From: Sphyrna mokarran
Taxonomy: Eukaryota
DNA: 64,000 bases
Assembly: GCA_024679065.1 (NCBI GenBank)
Contig: JAGIQG010000022.1
Span: 17,918,001 to 17,982,000 of the forward strand
Reading direction: 5' to 3'
Part shown: positions 12,800 through 25,150 of the stretch, one piece after another
How the letters are laid out: each line of letters opens with the position of its first letter
How positions within the stretch are numbered: position 1 is the stretch's first letter
The notes under the pieces: generated by a model
The model's input: only the letters and a program-made list of their open reading frames with translations
Databases searched by the model: none
Told to the model about the DNA's origin: nothing
Made by a program: the position numbers and the translations under genes

Positions 12800-14221
12800 C
12801 TGATGTGTCCAATCTTGTTGGAGGACCTTCCATATGATTTTTCAACTGAGATTGCCTTTTGTACAAGGAAATGTGTTAGTAGTGGTTGGAGTAAGGAGTG
12901 CATGACTACTTCTGTTGGTAAAAGTGAACATCTTGGGTGTTGCAAACATTTTCAACGCCTCCCTGGTGGCATCATTAACAACTTGAATTATGTTGAATAG
13001 ATTTTGTGATCCTTGGGATCCCTAAACAGAAAATTTCAAACCAACGATATAAGCCTGTTAATTATTATGAATAATGGCACTGTACATCCCAAAGTTTTCT
13101 GCCCTAATATATGGAACTTATTCATACCCAAAGGAAACCTTAAACTAACAAATGACAGAATTATCACACTTTTCTGGGGCCATTATTGGATGTTTTTGGC
13201 TACAAAGGAACCAGCTGCCTATGATAAACTTGCAGAGAAAATAATCAGGGAGCATGTTTGATTTGTATAATACTTGATTTATCTGTGTAAACTTAAAATA
13301 AAATGCTTTGTTTCACCATTATCAAATTACTTGAATTTGATTTCTAATTGCTTATCAATTAGTAGTGCATCAGTATTCATTTTGTGTTCTATATTATTCA
13401 TGAGAACAAAGAAATGACGGATCTGAATTTAATTTTTTTATTATGTACCATGGTCATGTTTTTCTAAACCTGTAAAATGATACAAAAAGATGAATATTCT
13501 CACAAGTCAATAAATTGAAAAGGAAAACAGAACTGCTAACTTCTCATTGTTCTGTGACCGTAGTCTAAAGAGGATTTTTTTAAAAAATTGACACGAGTGT
13601 AACAAAATGCAATGGGCCACCTGGAGCCTCCTGCAGTGAAATGCTGGATCAGCATAGTGAGCATTCTTCTGAGAGTAAAAATTACACTTACTTATGACAT
13701 TTGCCAAACAATAAAGCCAAACAGAAGTGGAGTTATTGAGGAAGCCAAAGAATAATCCCCTCAGCTGTCTTCCTGATTGTGCCATGTGACTTTATGTCAT
13801 ACTGGCAGCTCACTCTACCAGCCAAATCAACAGATGTATGGAGAACTGCATGTTGGGATAGCAGCAGTTGTTCTTGAACAACAGTGTCTTTTTTGTAAAA
13901 AGCCACGCTGCGAAAGGATGCAACAATGTGACATCATCTTATCCCAAGAACATTCCTTTACTGTTCTTGGTTTTACTGTGTTTAAAACCTCTCCTCCCCC
14001 ATCATTTCAAATCCAGACTAAGATCATATTGTCTATTGTTCAGCAAAATGCTTGAAGTATTTACTGTATTTATTCTTATTAATAGAATCAATGAGTGTAG
14101 CTCTCATACTCCCTAGTCTGAGAATTTCATCATGCAGTACTGTGCAGTTTTGATGAATGCCATATAGGTTTTGAAGGAAAAGGTTACTGTCTAGAAATAA
14201 ATTCCAATGACCACCATGTAG

Positions 14222-14224
<3 letters not shown>

Positions 14225-14252
<28 letters not shown>
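14225..14252. repeat. (TA)14 microsatellite
   Basis: Direct reading. Confidence 0.95.
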
Positions 14253-14255
<3 letters not shown>

Positions 14256-15448
14256 ATATGCAAAGAATAATGAGAATAAAATAGAATTAAGGTTTTGGAA
14301 TATTTTATGTAAATGGATTAAGATCATTGAATGTTAAACATAATTGAAAAATCAATGGTCTCTTAATATGTAGGCCATTTAAAAACAGTTAACTTTGTTG
14401 CATTGCTTTTGCTGCAGAAGTTGATGTAATTTAGACTTGAGTACATGCATGTTAGACTTTAGAAAACTGCTTGAAATGTAAGCAAAAAGCATGTTAAAAG
14501 CTTTATTGATCTGTTTTATGTTTGCTCAAGGGAGAAAGTCATACATTTGCCTTAATGATGGTTGAATTACAGTGGTGAGCTTTCCTTTCTACATTGAATA
14601 GCTGATACAATTTGATTAAATTTCATAAATACTGAAGATGTAGTTGCTTTGAATTAAGTAAAAAAGGTTGGCAATTTCTCAGGTAGTCATTAAATGCTGG
14701 GTTGACACAGAACAGAGTTTTGTGCGCACAACAAGTTTCCCTGATTTGTTGTGATCTAGGCAAAACTGATCCATTACAATTGACATTGATGCCCTTGACA
14801 AGAAATGGGAAAGATCATTGAATTCATCCCATGATTCTTGTCAGAGATTGTGCATAAATGTGAGAAGAAGCTGACTTTGATTGTGATACTTCCCATGTTG
14901 TCAATTTGACAACCAGAACTTGCTGTATCAGCTAATTATCATGTTTCAAAATTTCCTTACATTTTTTCCGCAATTAGGAAATGGAGAAGTGTTACTTTTA
15001 ATGTTGATTTTTGTGAACTGAGTGTATTCTGATAAGTATATGGAAAAGTGTTTAAAAATGCTAATGAACTGATGCTGATAGATCTTTATAGCCTGTAAAT
15101 AATTAATTCATTGGACTGTCAACAATCAAAAACATCTTGTTTGAAGCTTTAGCTTGTGGTGAAGTGAGTGGGTCTTTTTGAAGCAGGAAAGCTGCAAAGG
15201 TTTGTTAAAGAGCATGCTGTGATACTTTTGATTTTAGATGAGGCAAAGAAATTACAAATGATGAAAGTTAATTAGAAGCCATCTTATTTAAGTCAAGTAA
15301 AATGGCACACTTCGGGGTCAAATAAAGTGTCTCCGTTTGTATTACAATACACTTTGTAGGAATATGAAAGGAATGAACCATTTAGCTCCATGTGCTTTAA
15401 GTGGCATCATAGAATAGTTGCAATACAGAAGGAGGCCATTCAGCCTGG

Positions 15449-15660
15449 NNNNNNNNNNNNNNNNNNNNNNNNNNNNNNNNNNNNNNNNNNNNNNNNNNNN
15501 NNNNNNNNNNNNNNNNNNNNNNNNNNNNNNNNNNNNNNNNNNNNNNNNNNNNNNNNNNNNNNNNNNNNNNNNNNNNNNNNNNNNNNNNNNNNNNNNNNNN
15601 NNNNNNNNNNNNNNNNNNNNNNNNNNNNNNNNNNNNNNNNNNNNNNNNNNNNNNNNNNNN
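15449..15660. other. Assembly gap (212 N)
   Basis: Run of N inside a CR1 3' UTR. Confidence 0.99.
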
Positions 15661-16184
15661 TGTGCTTAGCTAACTTCCTCAAAGTCCCAATTGTACGTGT
15701 CTCCACCAGACTCTCGGGTAATGCATTCCAGATCCTAACCATTCACAGATAAAAATGTTTTCTTTCTGTTGCCATTTTTTCTTTGGACAATCACCTCAAT
15801 TTAGTATTTTCTGACCTTTGACCCTTATGCCAATGGAAAACTTCCTCTCATCTATTCTGACTGGACCTTCCATGATTTCTTTCAAACGTCCTCTCAATCA
15901 TCTACAAGGAAAGCAGTTCCAACTTCAATTTATCCCCATAACTGAAGTTCCTCACCCTGGGACCATTGTTGTAGACCTTTTCTGCGCCCTGTCTTCAGCC
16001 GTCACATCCTCCTTACAGTGCAGTGCCTAGAATCGGACGCACACTCCAGTAGAGGCAGGTGTATTAATGTTCATAACGTTTATTTTGTATCCTCTGCTTC
16101 TATTTATAAATCTCAGTATCCCGAATGCCATTTTAAACACTTTCGGATGCTTTCCTACATTGTGATTTGTGCACATATACCCCC

Positions 16185-16546
16185 GTACTTGTACTTACCT
16201 GGCAGGGGTGAAACCATCATGCATGGGACGTGGCTAGTCATTGCATGTGGGGTGTGCTGACACCTGTGATTGTGGGTTTCCTTGAGTAGTGTAAGTGAAT
16301 AGGGTAGCCAGTGAGGTTAAACAAAGGTTTAACCTGATGCAATTTTTCAAAGCCATCTCAGCCTTTTGGCTAATGTGAAGCATTAGATCAAACCTGAGAT
16401 GAGGTGTAAGGCCTCATCCTGCCAGCTTGGATTTTGTTTGATTAAACCCAAGGTCAGATGTGTATCCCTGTCTTGTCAGCTTGGATCTAGTTTGTCCCTC
16501 ATGCAAGGATTCTGGACTTGATTAGCTTTTTTGATTAGGAATAAAG
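16185..16546 (+). mobile_element. U1/U2 snRNA-derived chimeric insertion (SINEU-like candidate)
   Basis: tacttacctggcagggg (16192-16208) equals U1 nt 2-18, followed by cattgca and gtgtgctgacacctgtgatt (U1 stem-loops II/III). tctcagccttttggctaa (~16356-16373) is the U2 5' end. Flanked by tacccc at 16178 and 16547. Confidence 0.75.
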
Positions 16547-18414
16547 TACCCCAGATGTCTTTCTCCTGGCAACTCTTTGATATTGTATTGTTTTTCCTTG
16601 TTTTGCCAAGCACAATATACTACTTCAAATTTATCCATTTTACCAGTGTTCTCTTGAAGTTTATCAAGATTCTTGTCATAGCTCAGCATACTGCTAAGTT
16701 TTGTCATTTGAAAATTTTGAAATTGTGCCTTACACACCTAAGTCTAGATCATAATATATATCAAGGAAAGCAGTGGTCAAGTACTTATATCTTCCTCCTG
16801 TCTCAAAGCAGCTGTTCCCACTACTCCCCATAAGCTTCGCATTCCTCAGCATGTCCATGCTGCCACTTCCACTTTTTATTCCAGGGGCATCAAATTTGCT
16901 GGCACATCTATTATGTTATATTTTATAACTTTTTTGAAAATCCATATATAACAAATTAGCCATCAACTTGAGTAATAATCTACTTGAATATAATTTGCCT
17001 TTAGTAATTCTTTGTTGTTTTTCCTTAAGTTAATGCTTAATTGTCCAAGTGACAATTTTTTTTCACTCGTCTAAAAGCTCTTACATCACTGAGGTTAAAC
17101 AGACTGACTTATCATTATTGCGTTTATCTTTAGACCCTTTTTTTAAACAATTTTCTAGTCATCTGGCATTACTCTTGTGTCTAAAGAAGATTGGAAAATT
17201 ATGGGCAGCACCAGTCCCTCAACAATTTTCACCCTTCCTTCCCATCCAGTCCTGGAGATTTAACAGCTTGAAATACAGACTGCTTTTCTAAAACCATCTC
17301 AATTTTTTTTAGCCTATCCAAGATCTCAACTACCTCCTTTTGCCATGACCTGATTTCTATCATTTCCCTCAATTAAAGGCAGATGCAAACTACTCGTTTA
17401 GTCCCCTGTACCTCTACCCAATCAGCTCATTCCTCCTCTTAGTAGCCTTTTACTTTTTGTGCTTGCAGACGACTTGGATTCCCCTTTTGTTATCTCCCAG
17501 TTTATTTTCACCTTTCTCTTTTGCCTCTCTGATTTCCTTTTTCATTCCCATCTGAGATTTTTATATGCAGTGTTATTCTTGTTTGTACACTCGATCTGAA
17601 ATCTGATGTGTCCCTATTTTCTGCTTTATTTTATTCTCCATTTCTTTGCTATCCAGTTTTCGTTGCAGTACATGAGACAGTACTTCTCCTGTACCTGAAC
17701 CATCTCCTTATCATTCCTCCATTATAGTTATGCCAGAATCTTTCTTTCTAACTCATCTTTCATTCTCTTATCCTACAGAATAAATATCTGCCACTTCCTA
17801 TGCCTTTAGCTTCAACAAAATCATCTGTCCTCTACATCAGCTCTTTTCTGTCCTTATAGATGCTGCCAGACCTGCTGAGATCTTTGAGCGTTTTCTCTTT
17901 TGGTACAGGTCCATTCTTAATAGAAATTAGCCCTCTGCCAATTAAATATTTTTACCCCAGAATGCTGCTTTATCTTTTTGATAGCTAATCTGATCCAATA
18001 ATACCAGGATCACTGTTGGCTAAACATTCTTATGCTAACATTTAGTGCATTTGAACCCACCTCCTCCAGAAAGCAGTGGGAGCTGGGTAACTTAATTTAT
18101 TCACGATTGAGTTGGATGGATTTTTTTACAGACGAGAGAGCCAAGGACTGTGGTGTGCAAACAAGAAAATGGAGTAGAAACTACAGTGAGATCAGCTATG
18201 ATTTTATCAAATGACCGAGCAGGCTTGAAGGGCCAAATGTTCCTATGAACTTTTATCCCCTAACACCCGAAACAATAATGCTTCCTTTCTTGTAAATAAA
18301 AATCTTTGAACATGTTTCAGGTACTTTTTACATTCTTTGGCATTTAGACTATTATCCCAGCCTGTATTAGGATCATTGAAGTGCTCCATTATCACTACTA
18401 TATAGATTTTGATA

Positions 18415-18750
18415 TTTAAAGTTTAGTTATTAGTCCCAAGTAGGCTTACATTAACACTGCAATGAAATACTGTGAAAATCCCCTAGTCGCCACATTACGG
18501 CACATGTTCTTGTACACTGAAGGAGAATTTAGCATGGCCAACGCACCTAATCAGCATGTCTTTGGATTGTGGGAGGAAACTGGCAATTTCACTAGTGCTT
18601 GATAACACACTCTGCTGCCTCCTTTTAACCTGGGTTAGATTCCCAGCTTGGGTCACTGTCTGTGTGGAGTCTGCACGTTTCTCCCAGGTGTTCAGGTTTC
18701 CCCCCTCAGTTTAAAAGACACGCTGGTTAGATGCACTGGTTATGCTAATA
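18415..18750. mobile_element. Two HE1/V-SINE-like fragments in opposite orientation
   Basis: Minus copy tttaaagtttagttattagt...ggaggaaac (~18415-18585), plus copy ttgggtcactgtctgtgtggagt...atgctaa (~18630-18750). Confidence 0.7.
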
Positions 18751-18929
18751 CTTTGTTATAGCTGTGTAGAATATTGGTGGAATAGTGTGCAGTTTTGAAC
18801 TCCTTTATTAAAGTTGCGATGTAAAAGTATTAAAGGCACCTTTAGAGAAGGTTTACCTGACTGACACCTGAGTTGGGGATATCTTGTAAAGAAAGATTGG
18901 ATAGGTAAGGCCTATATCCATTGAAGTTA

Positions 18930-20017
18930 TATCCATGCAAGGCTTATTGAGAAAGTGAGGAGGCATGGGATCCAAGGGGATGTTGATTTTTGAAACCAGA
19001 ACTGGCTTGCCTGCAGAAGGCAGAGTGTTTGTTGGTGTGTCTTTTTCTGCATGGAGGTCAGTCATCACTGGAGTGCCCCAGGGATCTCTTCTGGATCCTT
19101 ACTATTTGTGATTTTTATAAATGACCTGGATGAGCATGATGGGTTGGTAAGTTTGCCAATGACACGAATGTTGGAGATGTTGTGGATAGTTTGGAAGAAT
19201 GTCAGAAGTTGTAGCATGTCATAGGATGCAAGAAGTGGCAGATGGACTTCAACCCAGATAAATGTGTAGTGGTCGTTTTGGCAGATCCATTGGGGTGAAG
19301 GAATATAATATTAAGAGTAAGACTCTTCACAGTGTAGAAGATCAGAAGAATCTTGGTGTCCAGGTTCATAGGCCTCTCAAATTGGCTTTGCAGGTAGAGG
19401 ATGTGGTTAAGAAGGTGTATGGTGTACTGGTCTTCCTCAATCAAAGAATTGAGTTTAGGAGTCAGGAGATAATGCTGCAGCTGTAAAAGACCCATTCAGA
19501 CCCGACTTGGCTTAGTTCTGGTCGCCTCATTACAGGAAGGATTTGGAAGCCATAAAGGGTGCAGAGGAGATTTACGATGATGTTACGTGGATTGGGTGGC
19601 ATGTCTTATGAGAATAGGTTGAGAGTGCTCGATCTTTTCTCCATGGAGAGATGAAAGATAAGAGGAGACCTGATAGAGGTGTATAAGATGTTCAGAAATA
19701 TTGATGGGGTGGATTCTCAGAGGCTTTTTCATAGGGCTGAAATGGCTGCCACAAGAGGACACAGGTTTAAGATGCTGCGGAGTAGGTACAGAGGAGATGT
19801 CAGGGGTGAGTTTTTCCACTGAGGGTGGTGGGTGAGTGGAATCGGCTGCATTGGTGATGGTGGTGGCAAATTCAATAGGGTCTTTTAAGAGACTACTGGA
19901 TAAATACGTAGGAATTAATAGGACTGAGGGTTATATGTAAGCCTAGTGGATAGATACGATCGGCACAACTTATGAGCCAAAGGGCCTGTTTGTGCTGTAG
20001 GTTTTCTATGATTCTAT
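18930..20017 (+). mobile_element. Degenerate CR1-type LINE 3' portion
   Basis: ggagtgccccagggatct (PQG), ORF 19262..19486 with NLGVQVHRPLK...VVKKVYG, tail ttctatgattctat. Confidence 0.88.
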
Positions 20018-20235
20018 AAGTTCAGAAGAATGAGAAGTGATCTTATTAAAACATACAAGATCCTGAAGTGGACTTGACAGGATGGATGCTGAAAATGTTT
20101 CACCTTGAGGGAGAGATAAGAACTAGTGGATACAGTTTAAAAATAAGGGATCTCGCATTAAGATTGGGAGTAAAAGTATTTTTTTTGAGGCTTGATTTTT
20201 GGAACTCTTCAAGAACATTGGAAGCAGGATCATTG

Positions 20236-20402
20236 AATAACCTGGTATTGTCAGACTCCTTGAAGTCCTGCAGGTTTGTTTGGAATGACGAGCTTTTGAA
20301 GCACTGCTCGTGATTCCAAATAAACCTATTGGACTTTAACCTGGTGTTGTGAGACTTCTTACTGTACTCATCCCAGTCCAACTCCAGTATCTCAAGATCA
20401 TG
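20236..20402. mobile_element. Penelope-like terminal repeat remnant (hairpin plus direct repeat) inserted in a CR1 3' fragment (~20020-20560)
   Basis: Inverted arms aggtttgtttggaatgacgagc / gctcgtgattccaaataaacct. Direct repeat taacctggtRttgtSagact at ~20238 and ~20337. gatcat(t)gaata on both sides. Confidence 0.6.
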
Positions 20403-22459
20403 AATACTTTAAGGCACAGATAGACTGATTCCCTTATTAATTAGACATCTAAGGACATCTAGGATAAGCAGAATGTGAAGTTAAGGCAACGGATTTGCCA
20501 TGATCTTATTGATTGGCTGAGCAGCCTAAACGGCCCTCTTCCCAATTGGTATGTTTGTATAAGCTTTGATCCATCTTCCTACTTTACTGCATCGCATAGA
20601 TTTCTAATTTCCCCTCTCCAGAAATATGTTTTGGTGAGCAGATGGGAATACAATCTAAATGGGGAATTAAGAGTTGAGGGTAAATTAATAAAGGGATTTA
20701 AGTATCCAGAAATTAAAAGCTAGCTTGCAGACACACAAAGTAATCAAAAAGTGTTGCTTTAGCTTGATTTTTTAGAATATAAAATGTAGGAAGTACTGCA
20801 GTTTAAAGAGCAATGATCAAGTCTTGTTTACAATATTGTGGCAATTTGGGTATCCCATCTTCAAAAGTATTTGACTCTGGAAAAAGTCCAACAACAACTC
20901 ACTGGATTGAAAACTAGGATGATGGGGGGGTTGGTCTATGGTCAGCTGGGACTATGGTGACTTTGATCTGGAATGAAGGGATTGAACTGAGTTATATTTT
21001 CTGCAGATAAGGTTGAATGATTTGCTGAAGATATTTAAAATAAATTGATAGGCTTTGGTAGAGTAAATCTAGAATGGTAGAATGTGAGCTAAATCATTGA
21101 AATCAAAACTTTTCCTATAAGAAGTAGCAAGAATGCGAAACTGATCCAGAGGTCAGTCAAAATCAGCTGGTGTTTGAAAGGAAAGAGAAGGCAAGTAATA
21201 CTTGATTGGATAAATGGCAGACTTGTTCCTATGCTTCTCAGTGGATGCCTTTCAGTATGAATATAGCATTTGTACTGAATAACAGATTTCAAAATATGTA
21301 TTAGTCAGTTAAAGGTACTCCTGAATCCTATCCACAGTTTATACTTGGGAAATGTGTATTTACAAGAAAGTAGAAGTTATATAGAGCTATATAAAGCACT
21401 GGTTAAATCATGTTAGTAATACTTTGAGCAGTTCTGGGCACCACACCTTTAGGATCAAATGTTGACCTTAGCAGGCAAGCAGCATACTTTTACCAGAGTA
21501 TTACCTGGATTTTAAGGGTTAACTTAGGAGAGATTAGACAATGTCAGTTTGTGTTCTTTGGAGTTTGTAATGTTAAAGAAGTGTTTTGATTAAGGTTTTC
21601 TGAATATTAAGGGAATCAGGGTAGTTGGGAACTATTTTCACTAATTTGGGAGTCTTGAACTCTAGGGTTGGGGGAGTGGTCTAAAAATTAGAACAGCATT
21701 TTTTTCATGGTGACACTGGGAAATACTACATACAAATGGATGGTGAAAATTTAGAATACTATTTTGCAAATTACAATTGATAGTTGATAATTTTTAAATC
21801 TGAGATTTTTGTTATCTAGGGGTATTAAGGGATACAAGGCAAAGATGGATATATGGAAATAGATTACAAGTCAGCCACAATCTTTCAATGGTGGAATTGA
21901 ACAAAGAACAAGGACTTGAAATTTCTGTTCTTGTGTTCCTATTTGACTAAATTATTCTTATATATTCAGACAAAACCACATTGTTATCCATGTTTATGGA
22001 ATTTCTAAATGACCAGATACTGCATAATTCAGATTCTGGTTGACTTGAATTATGAAGTGAAGAAAATTTGTTTCTTTTTTCAGTTTATTTTGCTACAAGT
22101 AAGCTAGACTGCTGAGAAGAATAAGTTAGTTTGTTCTTTGGCTACTGTCAGCATTGTTTTTTGTTTGGTTAAAAAGTAGAATCATGAGCCATTCATGTTC
22201 CACAGATATGTTCACATGGCAGTCAAGGATCTGATTCATATTTCGCTACTATTGCCATGTTTGCATGTTATTTTATTTCAGGCTGGAGTTTTATTAAGAA
22301 TCACCATTTTCAAATATTTCCCAGGGGGGAAAAGAAATCAGAATTCAGTTTGTTTAATGATTACATATACCATTAATTTAATTTGCAGCTTTTATCTTAA
22401 GATCATTGAGAGGATTTGCAAATTCAGTAATTTGCATTTTTTTTCTTCTTCAGTTGCCC

Positions 22460-22521
22460 ATGCTCAAGAGACGTCATTGATGCAAATGCAGCAAGAATTA
22501 AGACGGTGTGCACCCAGATAG
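22460..22521 (+). promoter_or_regulatory. Two overlapping uORFs in the 5' UTR (MLKRRH*, MQMQQELRRCAPR*)
   Basis: ATG 22460 to TGA 22480, whose A starts ATG 22480, ending TAG 22521. Both lie after the acceptor at 22453 and before the main ATG. Translation not demonstrated. Confidence 0.5.
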
Positions 22522-22533
22522 TTAGACGGCTAA

Positions 22534-22692
<159 letters not shown>

Positions 22693-23119
22693 TAAAAAAT
22701 AATAAACTTGGTTACTTGAATCACAGAATAGCGTTAGCATGGAAAGAGGCCATTCAGCCCATTGTCTCAGCTGGCTCTCTGAGCTGTGCACCTTGTGTCA
22801 TTGCTCCTTTTTATCTTTCTGGATTTAACTTTACAACTTGAATATTAATTTTAAAATTGCCTCCCTATTTCATACTTTAATCAAAAACTCATAGTTTTGC
22901 CATGTCGACTATTTTGCTGCATATCCAAGTTCATGGCAATTAAATACTAAAATTTCATTAATGTCTTTGCTAAAGTGGTCATTAGTGTAATAAGTCTTTG
23001 AATTTTTACTAAAAATACAATTGGATTGCATCCAATTTCATTTATAGAAGCAAAAAGAATCCTAATTCTTAATATCCTCATACTAGGTAGGCGTTTTCAT
23101 TTCAATTGAATGATATGAA

Positions 23120-23630
23120 ATAGAAGGAATGTATGTGTGGAGTCAGATGAGGTGGGTGAGGTCTTTAATGTGCATTTTGTATAAGTAGTCACAAAGGAGA
23201 AGGATGTGATTGGTGAATGTAGAAGGGAGGGTGTTGACGTTCTAGGACATTGAGATAAAAAGGGAGATGGTACTAGATGTTTGAAAAACATTAAGGTTGG
23301 CAAGTCCCCAGGGCAGATGTCGTTTATCCCAGAATATTGAGAGGGGTGAGGGAAGAAATTGCTGAGGCCTTGGCCAAAATCTTTGTATCCTATTTAGCCA
23401 CAGGCAAGGTACCAGAGGATTGGGAGCAGCTAACATTGTTCTTCTGTTGAATTGAATATGCTGTCGAGGGAGGTGATGGAAGCAAATTCTATAAAAATAT
23501 TCAAGAGACATCTGAATAGATCCATGTACAGGCAGGGAATAGAAGTGTGAAAATATTAGATTAGAGAGACATCAGTGTCGGCACAGACTTGGTGGGCTGA
23601 AGGGCCTGTTCCTGTGCTGTAGTTCTTGCA
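23120..23630 (+). mobile_element. Internally deleted CR1-type LINE
   Basis: KSPG/PRIL-region DNA (aagtccccagggcagatg...cccagaata) joined directly to the 3' UTR gggctgaagggcctgttcctgtgctgta. Confidence 0.75.
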
Positions 23631-24872
23631 GTATGATTTTATTTCTTTTTCTATGATATGCAATTTGTCTACCTCTGAAATCCTTTTCCTTTTTGTTGGA
23701 TTTCAACCCCAGGTCCTTGTTACTTTTGAGTTTTGTTAAGAAACTGGTTTGTTACTGCAGCAATCTTTTCTTCTAGCGATTTTTTTTTTAATATATATTT
23801 TTCTAGAAACCCCTATGTGAAATTTTAATCCTTGTATTAACTTCTCAAGATCTTGCTGCCATTCACACTGGCAAGATCTTTTAGTCCCACCGATGGTGCA
23901 TTTCTGCCAGGGGTTTCCCAGCAGCAAAGGATGTGTTTAATGGAAAACTTGTTGACAGCAGCAGGCTATAAGATCTGACACTAGTGAGTGGTGTAGCATA
24001 CCATCTCCCCATTCTGTGGAGAGGAAGAAAAATAATACCCTGTATGTGCACAGAAGGTCAAGATACCAATAGTTGACTGTTACCAAATACTTCATTGTAC
24101 AGGCTGTCAACACATTTTAGCACTTAAGCCTCTCTGAAAGGCCTCAGTTGTTTTATATTAAAAAAATCAGTACATCAGCTTGTCTGAAGTGTTTAGTGAA
24201 GGCTCCTATGTTACAATACTGTAATTTGGAGTAACTGTCAGTGCTCAGATGTCAAGGGCAGCATTTGAAACTGTAGATAATACTTTGCTTTTTCCATGTG
24301 AAATACAAAAGGTAATTATTGATTTTGTGTATATTTTTCCTGAGATAAGAGTGTAAGGCATTTTAAAAGATTGAGTTACAAGAAATGATAACATATAGGC
24401 ATGCTCAAGTAGCACTGTAAAATGTTTAATTAACTTGACTTAATTGATTACCATCAGCTTTGAGTTTCCAAGGTTGGAATGGCCACATGAACTTAAAGCA
24501 AAGAAACCACTGGCAGCACGGTGCACTACATGAGGGAGGAAGGGTTTCTGCAAAGTATAATGCATAGATGGACGACTGTCATCGAGACACAATTAGTGTG
24601 ACGTATGGAAGGAAACCATTTACTAAAATGATAGGAAGGTGCAGAAAACACTTGGTGAGGGGGGGGGAATGACTGAAGTTGCCTGATCTGTGTATAATGT
24701 TGAGTAAGTACCATTCACATCTGTACAATGTAGGTTGCTCCACCTTGGTTGAGGCCTATAAAACTGCATAAAATACATGAACAATTAAAAAAAACTTGGC
24801 CTGATGGAGGAACATCAGCATGAATTAATAAAGAACAGAATCTGTTTGATTTATTTAAAATTTTGAGAATAT

Positions 24873-25150
24873 TAGAATCATAGAATCACTACAGTGCAGA
24901 AGGAGACTGTTTGTTTGGTCCATCAAGACAGCATTGGCAGCAATTCCATCGAAGCCCCATAATCCCATGTATTTGGTCTGATAATCCTCCTGACGTAAAG
25001 GTCAATTTAGCATGGTCAATCAAGAAAACCCACATCTTTGGACTGGGAGGAAGCCAGAGTATGTGGAGGAAACCCATGCAAGCTCCATATAGTCAACCAA
25101 AGCTGGAATTGAACCCAGATGCCTGGACCTGAGAGACAGGAGTGTGAATC
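24873..25150 (-). mobile_element. HE1-like SINE with CR1-type tail
   Basis: Tail tagaatcatagaatc, V-domain-like aatttagcatggtcaat...ggaggaaaccc, B-box ggaattgaaccc. Confidence 0.8.

Larger units (their letters stand above)
15405..18400 (-). mobile_element. Long degenerate CR1-type LINE with several later insertions
   Basis: Tail catagaat at ~15408, then eroded ORF2 similarity (e.g. QFQNFQMTKL, a shifted KFADDTKL region). Right boundary approximate. Confidence 0.65.

Noticed and set aside
13480-14120. Repeat-free stretch as a conserved enhancer
   Set aside because: Absence of recognisable repeats is not evidence of function. A cross-species alignment would be needed.
15390-15752. ORFs with poly-X
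   Set aside because: Artefacts of the N gap.
16192-16290. Functional U1 snRNA gene
   Set aside because: Stem-loop I partly deleted, no intact Sm site or stem-loop IV, and it sits inside a LINE with no visible snRNA promoter.
22195-22453. 108-aa ORF 22195..22521 and alternative acceptor ttatttcag at 22280
   Set aside because: The ORF is mostly intronic low-complexity sequence with no recognisable protein. The alternative acceptor cannot be supported without transcripts.
1-22453. TAOK promoter or first exon
   Set aside because: No CpG island or GC-rich stretch. The region is treated as probable intron 1, unproven.
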